This document shows positions 12,786 through 27,117 of a stretch of DNA of 64,000 nucleotides, in pieces. The DNA comes from Lingula anatina. Its lineage: Eukaryota; Animalia; Brachiopoda. The stretch lies in the NCBI GenBank assembly GCA_051362555.1, contig CM120647.1:4154001-4218000 (forward strand). The letters are read 5' to 3'. Every line of letters starts with the position of its first letter. Position 1 is the first letter of the stretch. Position numbers and translations under genes: made by a program. The notes below the pieces were generated by a model, which was given only the letters and a program-made list of their open reading frames with translations, had not been told where the DNA came from and searched no databases.

Positions 12786-15058
12786 TTTTGTTACGATATG
12801 CAACATTTGTTCATTTATATAGCAGGGCGAAGTTAACGCCAGAGGTAAAAAGTAACTAATGCCGTTATCCTTTTTGTCCATTTATTTCAATCTAACTGTT
12901 TGATACACATTGTTCATAAATGTCATAATTCTGGCGTTTTATTGAAACCATATGTGTAAACAAAGTGGGTAAACATACGTTAATCAGCAACCAGTATGAA
13001 AATCAACTGTCTTTTCAAGTGAGACAAGACACCCTCTTCACACTGATTATAATCTTGACAAAGACTTAATGCAACAAGGCAAAGGAGTTGTGTAAAGTTT
13101 TATCAACTCCAGTGTGAAAACAACATATTCTTTGTCACTTTTACAAGACAACGGAGGCGAGTAAGTGGAGTAATTACAATATACAATCAAAAGGAAATTA
13201 GTATAGAAAGCTTACTTCGGGTCTGCCCTTTGCTTGTTCGAAGGAGAGAGAGAGATGATTAGATTTTGGTGGTGATCCGGATCAATAATCAATCAATAAT
13301 CAATAGTAATCAAAAATTGCTGCCTTGGCGGAGGTCTGCGCTCTCGGAATGCTTTTCTAGTTTACCTCTTTATTTTATTCATGTGTGTCTACATGTATCC
13401 ACTACTATTTATATCATCATATTAACTTAAAAGGGTGTTTCCATCTCTTGGTTGGGTCTTATATTCATCAAAACACTGGGTATTTGATTTACATTGCACA
13501 GTATAAAAGGCAGCAAAGTTCAGTTTTACCACATGACAAGGAGCGACCTTTCCATTTTGAGAGAAATGGTACTTGTCGCAAGCATCAAAACCACAAATTC
13601 CTTCTCGGGGAGATTGAAAACAAAACCCTAGAGCAGAACCTTGAGAACCAGCACGGTTTCCCCAGGGCTGGCTTGAAATGGTTGTAGGAAAGCCAGGTGG
13701 CTGCTATCTTCCCATATCCCCCTGTGACGTACTAAACCTGAGAGAACGTCCCGTAAAAGGTTTGGAAATCTACTGATATTTGTTTTTAAAAATATTAAAT
13801 GAAATATGACATTTTGTCTAAAAGAAAAACTTTAATCACTTTAATAGAAAAACTTGAATATGGCAAAAATGAATATGGAATGCTTGTAAATACTAGCATG
13901 CAGTACAGGGTATCATTACATTGTAATTGCCAAGCTCATACCGCTGTATAATTTAATTTATACAGTATACTTATTCGTTTCACTTAATCGCATATAAATA
14001 ATTTATTGTCTAATAACTTGCAACGAAAAAAAAAACAACCATCGCATCAAATTCAAATCATTTTATTTCGTTAACCCTAGCTATGAGCTGTTGCATGCCT
14101 GTCAGCGTCGCAGAATGCGTACGTCCCATGCATTAACTATACTTCACAAACTCTCAAACTATAACCATCTACCAACTTCTCATAACCGATAAATCTGCTA
14201 TTTTTATTGTTGTACACATTAAATATATACTCATTTCACACCTGGCGTCATCGGGGGGATTGCGGTGATTATTTTTAGTTTTTTTAAATGTATATTACTG
14301 TGTCTTTTTATGCCTTCATAGCTAAAAGATTTAGATGGTTCATGTCAATATGAGCCAAACACCCGTTCGTGATATACATGTATGGGTATGGGGCATCTCA
14401 GATAATATAATTTTTACAAAAATGCATTTTAACATGCTGTTGGACCATTGACTTATAACGCAAATGGTGCCATCGGCGTCAATTCGGCGATAATTATCAG
14501 TCTCTGTATGTGCCACAATTTCTGTTCAGACCACTGATGTGACTTAAGTTTGAAATTTAAATAGTTAGATCTGATTCACAGCAGTTGCTACAAGAACACA
14601 GATAAGATGCAGACGTCAACCTTATGGTAACAGTAATAAATGTCACTTGGCGTATTGTGTGAACTAAACAACTGCATAGGCTTCAACTGCACAGGCTTTA
14701 AACATACAAAATTATTAGCGCTTGAGTATCAGCAGCGTCTCTATTATTGCTTGAAAGAGTCAACCAATTCAACCATTTGAGGCCACAAAGCATCCTACAG
14801 AAATTTTTGCCAATTTTTCCTATGAGGTCCTATAGGGTCATCAATATATGAATATTGTGTATATACAATAGTTACTGACACAAAATTGGGAATATTATGC
14901 AAATTGCTAAAAAATCAGTGCAAACATACAATGAACACCTTAACTTCTCAAGCCTCGCATGTTTCAGGGCTAAAATGAAAAAATAAATCCACCATTACCA
15001 ACAACGTGCCGCCTACCAATATATCTCTCTGGGACATTAAGAAAAAAATGCTTAAATA

Positions 15059-17105
15059 TGAGAATACACGGACCATTTTCGACTTAATTGAATACTGTGA
15101 CGCACATGAAATACCAGGTCTGTTGATGCAAATCGATTTTGCTAAGGCTTTCGATTCAATCGACTGGGGTTTTATCGAAAAAACCTTTGAATTCTTTGGC
15201 TTTGGAGAATCTATCATAAAATGGATAAAACTCTTCCTTAAAGACTCCTCTTCGTGTGTCTTGGTTAATGGTTTTGCCTCTTCTTTCTTCAATCTTTCTC
15301 GGGGTTGCCGTCAGGGGGATCCCATCTCCCCTTACCTTTTCATTCTTTGTGCTGAGATACTAAGTATCATGTTAAAAAATGAAATAGACATAAAAGGCAT
15401 TACAATACATAATCAAACTTTTCTCATCTCCCAGTATGCTGATGACACAACTATTGTGTTGGATGGGACTGAAAAAAGTTTAAGAAATACCCTAAAGGTT
15501 CTAAATGAATTCTCCCAATTTTCTGGACTACAAATGAACAATCAAAAAACTAAATTAAACTGGTTCGGAAGCAAGAAAGATTCACAAGAGAGCATGTGTA
15601 AAGAGTTGAATCTCGATTGGAATGAACGTTTTTTCAGAATCCTTGGAATAGATTTCTCAGTAAATTTACATGAAATGATTGAGAAAAATTATAGAGAGAA
15701 ACTCGAAGATATGGAAAGAACTATGAAACAATGGACTCACCGATCGCTAACAGTTTTGGGGAGAAATGTAATTTTTAAATCACTGATCCTTCCAAAAATG
15801 ACTCATTTATTTTCCACATTGCCAATACCAAACAAATATGTAGACAAAATACAAAAAATGTGCTTTAATTTCATATGGAATGGAAATATTGAAAGAGTAA
15901 AACGAGATATAATGACACAGTCGTACTCAAATGGAGGTATAAAAGTCCCCGATATTAGAAACTATATTGATTCCCTAAAAATTTCATGGCTCAGGAGAAT
16001 CATGCACAAAAATTCAAAATGGTCTTTCTTTTTCCTTAGTCTGATCCCTGAAAGTAAGGGTGTACACTGGTCTGAAATGGGAATGTCTGAAATGCAAAAA
16101 ATTAAGAACGGATCAAAAAATGCTTTTTGGAATCAAGTCATTGATGCATGGTGCAGACTGTTAAAGAATAAAAAGATTAATACAAAAGAAAATTTTTTAA
16201 AAGAATGTTTATGGCTAAATGATAAAATACGGATAAAAAACAATCCTATTCTTATAAGAACCTGTAATAAAATAGGTATAAGAAACATAAATGACTTGAT
16301 CGATACAGAGGGAAATTACCTCACATACCAACAGTTCAAGGAAAGGCACGGGAATATAATAAATTATGTTACGTTCACAAGTATACTATGCGCAGTAAAA
16401 AAATTTCAAAAACAAATGAATATAGACAATTTACATGGAAAAATTGAGCTCCCTATAATTTCAACCCAACTTAAATGGCTATTAAAATTTACAAAAGGGG
16501 GGAAACCTTTTTACAATATCTTGAACTCAAACGAAATGAAAAAGACTAATGCAATGTCAAAATGGGAACTCCTTTCTAAAGAACCTCTCACAGCTGAAGA
16601 GTGGAAAATCTTGAATAACATTCCTTTCCAATGTACTTTAGATACTAAACTGCGCTGGTTTCAATTTAGAGTAACAAAAAGAATTTTAGCTACAAATAAT
16701 TTTTTACGAAAAATTGGGATAAAAGACACAGAGACCTGCTCCTTCTGTAACGAACACCCTGAAACTCTTCAACACTTATTTATTGAGTGCAAAGTAATTG
16801 CTCCCCTTTGGGCAAATATACAAGACTGGATCCATTTAAAGACTGGACTTGTATTACAATTAACAGCATCTGATATAATTCTAGGAATTCCAAATTTGAA
16901 ATGCAATGCGCTCAACAGTTTGCTGATCATAACAAAATTTATTATATATAAATTTAAAATGAAAAACATTACCCCGAACATAGAAAATATTAAAATAGAA
17001 TGGAGACAGGCCTACATCGCAGAGAGAAATATAAGTCTGAGAAACATGACAATAGATAAATTTAATGAAAAATGGAAAAAGCTGCAGCCTCTCTTCCTGG
17101 ACTGA
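15059..17105 (+). CDS. LINE ORF2 C-terminal part (reverse transcriptase + zf-RVT); no endonuclease domain
   Basis: IDFAKAFDSIDW, RGCRQGDPISPYLF, SQYADDTT, CSFC...ETLQHLFIEC; no stops for ~680 codons. First ~18 codons of the predicted 15006 ORF are flanking DNA. Confidence 0.88.
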
Positions 17106-17415
17106 TATCTTCTATCTGCGTATGTTCCCCTGCCGATATTTGATAGTAAAACACATATTTGTTTTTATCTGTATTAGATCATATTATTTATTAAGTATTA
17201 TTAAGTATTTTACTATTAGGTTATCAATATATCGTTGTTGACATATATATTAAATGACACAGTAAATATATATATATATATATATTGCAAATGACTGAGT
17301 GTCTATTTGTGAGTGAGTGAGTGAGTGAGTGAGAGAGTGAGTGTGATTTTAATTTAGTTATTTATAAATTTTGTATTTTTTGCTGAAATCTGTACTTATT
17401 TGAGATTTGCAATAA
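15059..17415 (+). mobile_element. 5'-truncated L1/Tx1-like non-LTR retrotransposon
   Basis: RT ORF, 3' UTR with (TA)n and (GAGT)n, AATAAA at 17411 and short A tail; 17-bp TSD aaaaaaatgcttaaata at 15042-15058 and 17416-17432. Confidence 0.92.
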
Positions 17416-18395
17416 AAAAAAATGCTTAAATAACTTTTAATAATCTATACAGTGTTATAATGACATTGTGGCAAATAAAAAACTCTAATAATGTGTTTTT
17501 CCTCTTATTGTCTTTCACTCGCAACACAACTCTGTAATATTGTCGTATATATGTGCCAAAAGTCGCTTTAATCACAAAATATTTTCGTTGGATTTTTTTT
17601 CGGAATTTTGGCACTTCAATTTTTAAACTAAAATACTGGTCACGTTTCCCTCAATTACCTTCATACAAAATCCCATCATTTTGAGAAAAAAATGCGTTCT
17701 TCGAGATATTCTATCCTAACAAGGGTCTGTTTGGTCAAACCAGATATTTGGATTAAAAAAAGATATCTTCCTGTCCTCTTCCATGAATTAAGTCAGTGAA
17801 AAGTTTGCTTAAAAACAGTAATGGTAGAGCCACTAGGAATTGCTAAGGGAGGAAAGGGAGGAGGAGATTGTACGACAACAGACGGGGACAATTGCACTAT
17901 AACATGAAGGTGCAAGGATGAAGAAATTGCTTGGTCTTATCATTATACACTTGGGGTTAGAGAAAAAGTCCAGGCGGGGGGGGGGGGGGGGGGGGGGGGG
18001 GGGAGGGGTTAGGGGGTGTCCGAGTAACTCTCTCTCTGGGTCAGTCGATGTGTTAGAACATCAATGCCCTGCAGAAATCAAGTGGTTGATGGGACATGCT
18101 CTTTATCAGAGGTCATGCAGCTTAGTGGTGTCGTCAGTTCTGCGCACAATTTCTCGCACACAATAACCAATATTGTGAATAGCAATTTTAATTGATTAAT
18201 AAAAATTAATTTAAAAAATACAATCTGTGGCCCTGGCAGAGTGTGGCCCTGGCGGAAGTAACTTGAGTGTACACTTGTCACATCTATCGCAATCTAGGCC
18301 ACAGCCACTCCATATTCGGGAATATTCGATCAACTTCGTAATCTAATCTACATACGCTGAGACAAGAAATCAGCCGTGGTTGACCAAGTTATAGA

Positions 18396-18682
18396 CTAAC
18401 ATTTTTCCACATGAAACGCCAGTCCTTTTAAGAGTGGTGTGCTTTGTACTCCAGATACGTGGTGGAGAGGTCGGCTGGCTTCAAATTCCACATCTGATAC
18501 ATTTAGCTGCTCATTGGGCCTGTCCACGCCATACGGTCCGTAACTCTGTCGATTGGTGAAGAATTGCAGAATATTAAATACCACCCGACCACGGATAGCA
18601 CTGTAAGAAGTCTTGAGGTAAATCCTAAAAGTGGTATTTTACAAATAAATAATATTAAATCAATGAATGAAAAAATAATTAT

Positions 18683-18746
<64 letters not shown>

Positions 18747-20414
18747 TTGACATTTAATATGGAATATTTTTTCAAAAGCATCTTAATTTGAATTTTTTTC
18801 TATTTTTCCAACTTATGAATGAAAAGAAGGGTTTAAATCTTGATTTTAAAAAAATTAATAATCTATACAGTGTAATTGTGACATCAGCTCTTTAATTGAA
18901 TTCACCTAATTAAGCAAACAAAAGGACATGGCTGATTCTAAGTCATACAACAACCATAAATAGCATTATTTTAATCTCCACTTTTTTCAAAACTTCAAAA
19001 TCTTCACAAAGGAGTTCATATGTCTTTCATTGGTGTCTTTCACCAGTGCGTCTGGCCTCATCTAGATGCTACTATGGCTCTGAAGCGGCAAGGTATTCCG
19101 TCTGACAGATTTCCTGGAGTTTGAACAGGAATAGAATTCCAAACATCGGTCGGAGCTTATCCAATCTGGTTCAGATTAATTGTAAAAACAGTAGGTCGTT
19201 GATTTAGTGAGCACTGCCTACCCAAAGATTGTCTATAGTCTTCCAATCTAGCGATCTTGATGGTCGCGGTAGCTGTTCAGACCCTTGGTTCCGCAAGTAA
19301 TCGGCAAATACAGGTGCCCTGCGTTGACGGATATTTTCATCTTATAAAGTGAAATTGTTTCTGAGTTATCCTCTGGCATACGGGTGGCAATTGGTTTCCA
19401 GAATGTCCCTGTATTTGCCCTGGTTAAGGTGTCTGTCAATGGCTATCAATGAGGTTTTGGCACCAATGTGAATTCCACCCCAAACACAGATGCTCTTAGC
19501 GAACTTAGTGTGCATTCCCAGATATTTAGATCGATCCAGAGATTAAGATTTACATCGACCTAACTCCCTGGGGGTTCACGCTAAATTGCAGTCAGCCGAG
19601 CGCGCACCATAGTTAATTACCCCCTTACAGCTTTTAGTAGGCGGAACAGACGCTTAAGCCGGCTCAGCTGACAGTAATCTAGTGAGACTCCCCACAGGGA
19701 TAGATCGATCTAAAATCTATGGGAATGGGGTCTTAGTCGCTCTGGGAGCAATACACGCTTAGTCGTAGGCCACACCTGAATGCCTGTAAACTTTATTTTG
19801 TCCGCCATTGCAGAACAGATAAAACCTGACCTCATAAGGAAATCCACATGTTTTCAGTATTTTTCCCAGAAACGGATTGTCTCCCAACTCATTGCAGAAA
19901 TAGCCGATGATGTTGCGCTGTTCACAAATAGGTCGTGCTATATTCGATGTAAACACGCCCTTCATCATGGTTAAATTAAACCAGAGTAAATTTATCTTTA
20001 AGCCCTAAGCTATTTCACACACATATACACAGACCTGATGATGTTCTCATTCTCAGCTAAGTGCTGTATTGTTTCTTCGCCGCCGAGACCCCCTGCGAAG
20101 TGACCTTCTCTCCCTTGGTAAAGAAACTGAAGTCTGAAATAAAACGAAACGAAAAGATATTATGTATATATTAATATTGGTTTGACATAACATCCCTTGT
20201 GAATATACCAAACTTTTGAACCCTTATTGGTGTGAATGAACTCCTTTATGCTATTTGTAAACTTTCCATTTCCATTTCTCGCCATAAATGCGCTCCACGC
20301 CATTCAAATCGTAAACCCTTTTAACTCAGAGTAGTTTAAGTTTAATTAAGTATTCAACATGGCAAATTGAAGTCAGTAAATGTGGAGCAGGTTTAAACTA
20401 AGCTTTCGACCCGC

Positions 20415-20445
<31 letters not shown>

Positions 20446-21100
20446 ATACTAGCCCATTTAACCTTAAAAAGGTACCCCTTACCCATCTATGAGTGATCCA
20501 TGTCGAACTTTGAACCCTGTAATCTTTCCGGCCCTAGCAATAGCAGCGTCATTGAATTGGGAGTCTCCCTCTGTCACTTCACCATAAGGACCGAATATAA
20601 CGTCACATGGCGCTGGCACTTGTAATATAATATAATATAATATAATATAATATAATATAATATAATATAATATAATATAATATAATATAATATAATATAA
20701 TATAACGTACCATGCAACACCAAACAATACAATACAATAATACAATATTATATATTCATTTCATACGTTTACGAGGCAGGTTGAAGAAAATACCTAAATT
20801 CACCCAATCCTTTCCATCGGCATCACGGTCATCCGCGGTGGTATTCCCAGCACTGTTATTAACATAGATCTCACAGGTTTTACTGACGCTGTGGTAGTTA
20901 GCTCCAGAACATATATCCTTCCCTCTGCAGAGATCGGCACACTCGATAACACTGGACTCATGCTGAGTGTCAACCACGGTCCCTGCTTCCCGCAGTCCGC
21001 TTGTCACATTGAACCGTCCTTCCCTAACAGTGACACTGTCTGATGACAAAAAGAGAAGAAAGGACGCGCATAGTAGTTGATGTACCGAACAACAAGCCAT
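18396..21100 (-). CDS. Secreted PAN/Apple + jacalin-like lectin, copy A (4 exons, ~265 aa)
   Basis: Exons 21100-20767 (signal peptide; PAN motif ECADLC..DICSGANY...TCEIY), 20618-20483, 20133-20035, 18624-18396; GT-AG, phases 1/2/2, 798 nt in frame. Jacalin-like: FGPYG...FND...KITGFKVRHGSLIDGLQFLY...GGLGG...LQFFTNRQSYGPYG...LKGLAFH. Exon1/2 junction uncertain by 6 nt. Confidence 0.82.
19508..19732. mobile_element. MITE family A (TIR ga(c/t)..cattccca...tgggaatg..gtc; PIF/Harbinger-like, inferred)
   Basis: Same internal sequence as 54470-54666 and, inverted, 58007-58220; in intron 3 of lectin A. Confidence 0.75.
20623..20705. repeat. (TATAA)n microsatellite abutting lectin exon-2 acceptor (paralog at 31458-31517)
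   Basis: Direct reading. Confidence 0.9.
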
Positions 21101-22149
21101 ACTGTCAAGGAGTTTCAGTGCTCTTTAGATGTGACATTCACCGCGTTGCTCGTGTTCTCTTCAGAGACGTGGACAATCGAACGCGCATTTACTGGGTACC
21201 TATGAAGAATTCACCGAATTGAGGTTTAGATGCCTTAAGATGTCACTGAACAAATATCTAAGCCGCAGAATGGGAAATGTTTCTAACCCAATAAATGTAC
21301 CAATATCAATAGATTTCACACTTCACGAGGACGACCCTTTGAAAAACGCCTGCAATTAACGTCTATTATAGTTAGAATATGGTACAAAATGAAAAGCGTT
21401 TGAATTATAAGGTTTCTATAGTGCAGTAACAGGCGAACTGATCGATTTAATTTACGTAATAACTGGACCGTTGCTTCGATACACTTCCGGACACCGACAC
21501 GGCCAGATACACGGATAAAGATACTCAAGGAAATTATCGAATAAATGCCTTCAACAATCTAAAAGATTAATAATAGCCTTTTGCACACTCTGGCCGAAAT
21601 GGCCGCCATTTAAATCATACGATTTCCTTGGACCAAAAGTGCTTTTTAATGATATCTTGGTTGATACCGATCAGTGATGTAGTGGGATAATTGGGGAATA
21701 AAGCTCTTGACAATACAACTTCAATGTTTCAATCGTGTTTTCAGTCGAATTGCCCAAAACCTTTGAAAAATTTAGAAAACATAAGAATTAATCCGAAAAT
21801 CCAAACTTAATATAAACCAAAGTCTTGTCGTGTCGAAAGTGTACAGAGACGAATATTAAATATTTACGGTAAGCAAATTGGTTTCTCAAGTCAGAGAATA
21901 GGCTTTTCGCGTTGCTGAAATAATAAAGATGTCAACTATGAGAAAATGGAGCTAATGAGGTGTTCGAAATTCGGAAACAATTATGGTACCATACCAGACA
22001 GTATTTGTCTTGATCATCTATTGACAGCTACGGCCAGCGCCGCACTTTCTATAATGCGGGCATTTTCTCTATCACATAACAAAGAATAACCGTCAAAGAG
22101 ACAAATCAGTGAACATCTAGCGGAAAATCAATCTGTAGAAGGTAACGGC

Positions 22150-23110
22150 CACGCACAGCCAGGCACAAGTACGCACAGCCAGCACATGTACGCACAGCCA
22201 GACACTTGTTTGTACTGCCAGGCACAATACGCACAGCCAGACACATGTTTGTACTGTCATGTACAATACGCACAGCCAGGCACATGTTTGTACTGTCATG
22301 TACAATACGCACAGCCAGGCAGATGTTTGTACTGTCATGTACAATACGCACAGCCAGGCAGATGTTTGTACCGTCATGTACAATACACACAGCCAGGCAC
22401 ATGTTTGTACTGTCATGTACAATACGCACAGCCAGGCAGATGTTTGTACCGTCATGTACAATACGCACAGCCAGGCAGATGTTTGTACTGTCATGTACAA
22501 TACGCACAGCCAGGCAGATGTTTGCACTGTCATGTACAATACGCACAGCCAGGCAGATGTTTGTACCGTCATGTACAATACACACAGCCAGGCACATGTT
22601 TGTACTGTCATGTACAATACGCACAGCCAGACACATGTTTGTACTGTCATGTACAATACGCACAGCCAGACACATGTTTGTACCGTCATGTACAATACGC
22701 ACAGCCAGGCACATGTTTGTACTGTCATGTACAATACGCACAGCCAGGCACATGTTTGTACTGTCATGTACAATACGCACAGCCAGGCACATGTTTGTAC
22801 TGTCATGTACAATACGCACAGCCAGGCACATGTTTGTACTGTCATGTACAATACGCACAGCCAGGCACATGTTTGTACTGTCATGTACAATACGCACAAC
22901 CAGACACATGTTTGTACTGCCATGTACAATACGCACAGCCAGGCAGATGTTTGTACTGTCATGTACAATACGCACAACCAGACACATGTTTGTACTGCCA
23001 TGTACAAGTACGCACAGCCAGGCAGATGTTTTTACTGCCATGTACAATACGCACAGTCAAGCAGATGTTTGTACTGTCATGTACAATGCGCACAACCAGG
23101 CACATGCTCA
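22150..23110. repeat. 39-bp minisatellite, ~23 units (tgtacaatacgcacagccaggcacatgtttgtactgtca)
   Basis: 13-aa periodicity in five overlapping ORFs; direct reading. Confidence 0.95.
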
Positions 23111-23654
23111 CACTCCAAGACACGTGTGCGCACTGCCAGAGACAGGCCCGAATTGATCACGTCCTAATGCTGTTACAACAACTATGTCAACATACATGCG
23201 CGTGTCAAACCAAATTAATTGCCAGGTACCTTGCAAATTTATGCATCCGTGAAATTATAACGATTTCAGATAATCTGATCACCACACAGACACCGTAGGC
23301 CAGTACAAGAGATTTTCAGGCGAACTAAGTATTTCACTGGTTGCAATGTTTTCATTCTTAAACAAGGGGGGTGGGAGGGGGGTCATATCGTTTTTGGAAA
23401 GAGTGAGCAGGGGGGTTGGATGGCACTAGTACGTCTATTGCTGCCGTCTGTTGGTTCATTTGATAAATGTAAAAACACTGGCATCAGGGATATAATGCAT
23501 TGACTTAAATCTTCATTATTTTATTTGTTCTTATATATGTAATATGAATTGACAAAAAACAGATCGACAAAAAGGAAAGAGAGAGTGTGAGAGAAAGAGC
23601 GAGAGGAAGAAGAAAAATAATCTTCTTACATAGTACTATACACGACTTAAAAAG

Positions 23655-23716
<62 letters not shown>

Positions 23717-23798
23717 ACAGTATTCTTTGAAGCATCCATCTGAAACAGCAGCACAATAGACCAGGATACATGCCCTAGTTATAGTATACTGTTGGCTC

Positions 23799-23962
23799 CA
23801 GGGCCCTGTATCTCGCAAGCTTCGCTATGTTGCGCACTATGTTGCGCACGTGCGCAAGTGTCTCGATAACATGGCCCCGTATCTCGAAATAGAATCGGTT
23901 ATGGAATCGAGACACTTGCGCACGTGCGCAACATAGCGAACCTTTCGAGATACGGAGCCCAG
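23799..23962. mobile_element. Palindromic MITE (paralogous copy ~33718-33882)
   Basis: Inverted arms ctatgttgcgcacgtgcgcaagtgtctcgat / atcgagacacttgcgcacgtgcgcaacatag. Confidence 0.75.
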
Positions 23963-23989
23963 GTCTTTCTTTTGTAGTCTACATTGTAT

Positions 23990-24643
23990 CACCCTGAACT
24001 TGACACTAACCTCTTCACAATAGCCTATCTTCATCGTGTCAAGTAACCTCTGACCACATTCGATTGCCCCCACCGCCCGCCAATCAAATTTAAAGCCCGC
24101 CCTCAATGACTCATTGAAAGATCTAGCCAATGAACGCAAACGAGTCAAAGCGCGCTTTGTTCAAATCCGGGACCAATCAAAGATAAGGCTGAATATCAGG
24201 GACTTGCCGTAACCTGTGGGCAGCACGCAAAATACATCATCCCTCAGTAGATAATGATGCAGGGCCCCAAACTGCTCTGGTTTCAATTCCGACATACTCA
24301 TATTTTGCAAAGAATCAAGAGATAACTTAACACATTATTTTACGTACTCGTAGGAGACGCCATGCTTTCTTTGTGTACGGTTATGCACTCGGAACTATTC
24401 GGATGTCTCCGCACTCGACAATAACTTTGTAGCTAGTATGGAGCTTGCGGAATCAGCCGAGGATTGCCGATTGACGGTCAACCAATCAGCGTTTTCACCA
24501 AACTTTGGTGAAAAATTTTGAAACTTGGATTCGATTGGCTTATATAAACTAGGTCAAACTATTTTCGTCAGAGGTAACTTGACACGATGAAGATAGGCTA
24601 TTGTGAAGACGTTAGTGTCAAGTTCTCTCTGAAGCTCAGGGTG
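23990..24643. mobile_element. Non-autonomous DNA transposon with 8-bp TSD (hAT- or P-like), unit A only
   Basis: caccctg...cagggtg termini, ~60-bp inverted arms; TSD cattgtat at 23982-23989 and 24644-24651; empty site (cagtgtat) at ~33902 in unit B. Confidence 0.85.
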
Positions 24644-24652
24644 CATTGTATT

Positions 24653-24835
24653 GGCGCATTCAGAACAGCTTGCTAACAGATCCGCGGGTCAAACGTGGTC
24701 GATCCATTTGAGTGCTTGTTGTGTATTCCCCGCGGGGAATCCTAAGTGTCTAATAGGAAATACAGCGGCTATCTTTTTAGCAGGTGGCCATATTTGATCC
24801 GCGGATCTGTTAGTCCGCTGTTCTGAGCGCGCCCT
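24653..24835. mobile_element. MITE (copies ~33912-34093; related fragment ~45905-46065)
   Basis: ggcgcattcagaacagc..taacagatccgcgg ... ccgcggatctgttag..gctgttctgagcgcgcc inverted ends. Confidence 0.65.
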
Positions 24836-26107
24836 ATGCTAGTGAATATGATATACGACACGAGTCTGGTATTGCCACCCTTTGACGCTCTATTTCACAG
24901 CAATGCCACCTCGGGGCATGACAAGCAAAAAATGGGAACACGTGCTGTGCATGGCATATATGTTTTAAAGGTCATGATGGCATATACAAAGAATGCAGCG
25001 AAATTCTTGCCTTGACGTTACCAGCCGCACCAACTCGACTGGAACTCGCTGTTAAAAAAAGAAGAAAAAACGAAGAAGTCAAAAGATTGTTGGTTCAATG
25101 TGGCGGGGTTTATTTTCACTCCTCTGTGGAAATAAAACCCCACAAGACCGCACATTTTTCATAAGCGCAGATGAATTCTTTAATTATACTATCCTCAAAT
25201 AAGTTATTGAAGCATCACAATTTAGTGAATCACATGCTTAAAAAGATTATTTATTTACGTCGGTTAAAAACTCGGCTTCAAGTGCCCTTTATACATTGTA
25301 TAAACAAGCAGGTAGAGAAACACGTAACGTCAAAAAGTTGAACTAAATTATTAATGAAGTCAATGGAGGGATCAGGACCCTCCTGGCACCCCCTAAATCC
25401 GCCGCTGCAACTGTGGAATATTAAAACAAATAGGAAAAGATATTAAAGGCGAAAAATGGCGTGATTTGAACAGGGTAATCGGGCCGGTAGCCAGCAGTTT
25501 CAAAGGGTGGTTCTTTTTCTGAAAAAAAAAAACAGACCTTTTACAATGAACCCTTCCTTCGTAATTGCGTGTCTTGAGTATCATACAACATAAACCGAAG
25601 TCTTGCGAAATAGCGTAAAATCAAGCGATATATTAAGGAATTTGGGGTAGAGTAGAATAAAAAATGACGGCAGACTAAAAGCAGTGAGTGCTCTGCATCA
25701 ACAATTGTCAGAATTTATCCATGAATAATTTCTGAGCACATTCTCGCTGTATTCTCGTTTTGCATGACGTCACGCATTGCCATCGGTCTCAATCCATAAG
25801 GTCTGACCCGAAAATACTTTGAGAAATTTTATTTCATTTTTGCGAGTTATGAACTCCAAATGTCACAATGTAATTACTTCGGGTCCGTTAACGTCATATA
25901 CCTTGTCAACATGCCACGATCCGAATATTTGGACTGGAACTCTTTTTTCCTATCAATTTGGTGAGTCGGTCAGCCAATAGGAGCAGTCATACTGGGTATT
26001 GACTACTACTACTCTCATGTGCCTTAGGAAAGTTAGAAGAGCGTGAGTGAGTACTGGTACAAAACTAAGGCAAGCCCTTCAAAGACGCCAAGGTCAAATT
26101 AGCTTAA

Positions 26108-26728
26108 AGCAATAATAACTCTTCCTTTGAGATTCAAAATTCCGCATGAAATACATTGTAAACAACGCATGGAAATATATTCTATTGTATTTTACCACTA
26201 AAACGGCCGTTATTGTAGTAAAACTAAAATCTGTGCTTGTCAATAGGGCTTTCGAAGCTTTCATCAAGGCATTCGTTGCTAATGACGTAATGGTGTCACG
26301 CGGATTCTCGCGTTCATTCGAGACCAAAATAACATATGGCGCCAAACGCATTAATGCGGACGCAGACGTAAGTTGCGAGTTTTTGTACAGTGCGTCGGAT
26401 AACAAAAAGCCCAGAACGGCACACATTGTGGATATTAATGTATTTTTAACAAAAAGACGAATATATCTCATGAATCTTATATAGTGTTGTTGTTGTCTGC
26501 TTTTCCCGCGGTTTTAAGTAGGTCAACAGTGACTATGCGATGTCAGAGAGAGCTCCGTCAGTTAAAATCTCTTAAGAGATTTTAACAAAAAACCGTACGT
26601 TTAGGAAAAAAACCCTGGATTAACTTTGAATGCAGGATTGGGGTCGCTGACCATTGGTAAGTACGGGAAAATTGCCGTTTACTCCAGGAAAATCCAATTT
26701 TTGGCCAAAATGAAGAGTTATTATGACT
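26108..26728. mobile_element. TTAA-targeting MITE (Kolobok-like, AG...CT termini), unit A only
   Basis: TTAA at 26104-26107 and 26729-26732; TIR agcaataataactcttc / gaagagttattatgact; unit B has a single TTAA (agcttaattaccgac, ~35394). Confidence 0.85.
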
Positions 26729-27117
26729 TTAATTACCGACATTATAAGGCTTCTTACTTTTTAAAAGGTATAAATTGTTCCGAGAGGACAAAGAGTTATG
26801 CTTTTTACTGACGGCCTAATTTTTACTTAAAAAAACATCTACAAACAGAAATTACACTCGCGAAAATAGAAATGGTTTTGAACAATATCGAGTGACACCT
26901 TTATAGACGATTTCGAATGACATGCATAACAAACGCAGAAAAGTGGCACTCTTTCAATATATCAGCTTCGTTCTGATCATTGGTACCTTGTCTAGGATTG
27001 GCCTAGTTTTTAAGGACGTACGTTTATCGCAGGCAGCTTTATTGTTGAAGCAGATCAACAGAGTAGATGTATAAGTCGACGTGACCTAGACGCAGTTCTA
27101 TCGATAATCGTGCCAAC

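Noticed and set aside
19780-19974. IADDVALF resembling an RT YADD motif
   Set aside because: No other RT motifs nearby.
22106-23298. Five 296-370 aa repetitive ORFs; also CRISPR-like periodicity
   Set aside because: Product of a stop-free 39-bp unit; no unique spacers or cas genes; the paralogous site has a 20-bp non-triplet unit.
26094-26484. Overlapping 112/125-aa ORFs
   Set aside because: Inside the TTAA MITE; no recognisable motifs.
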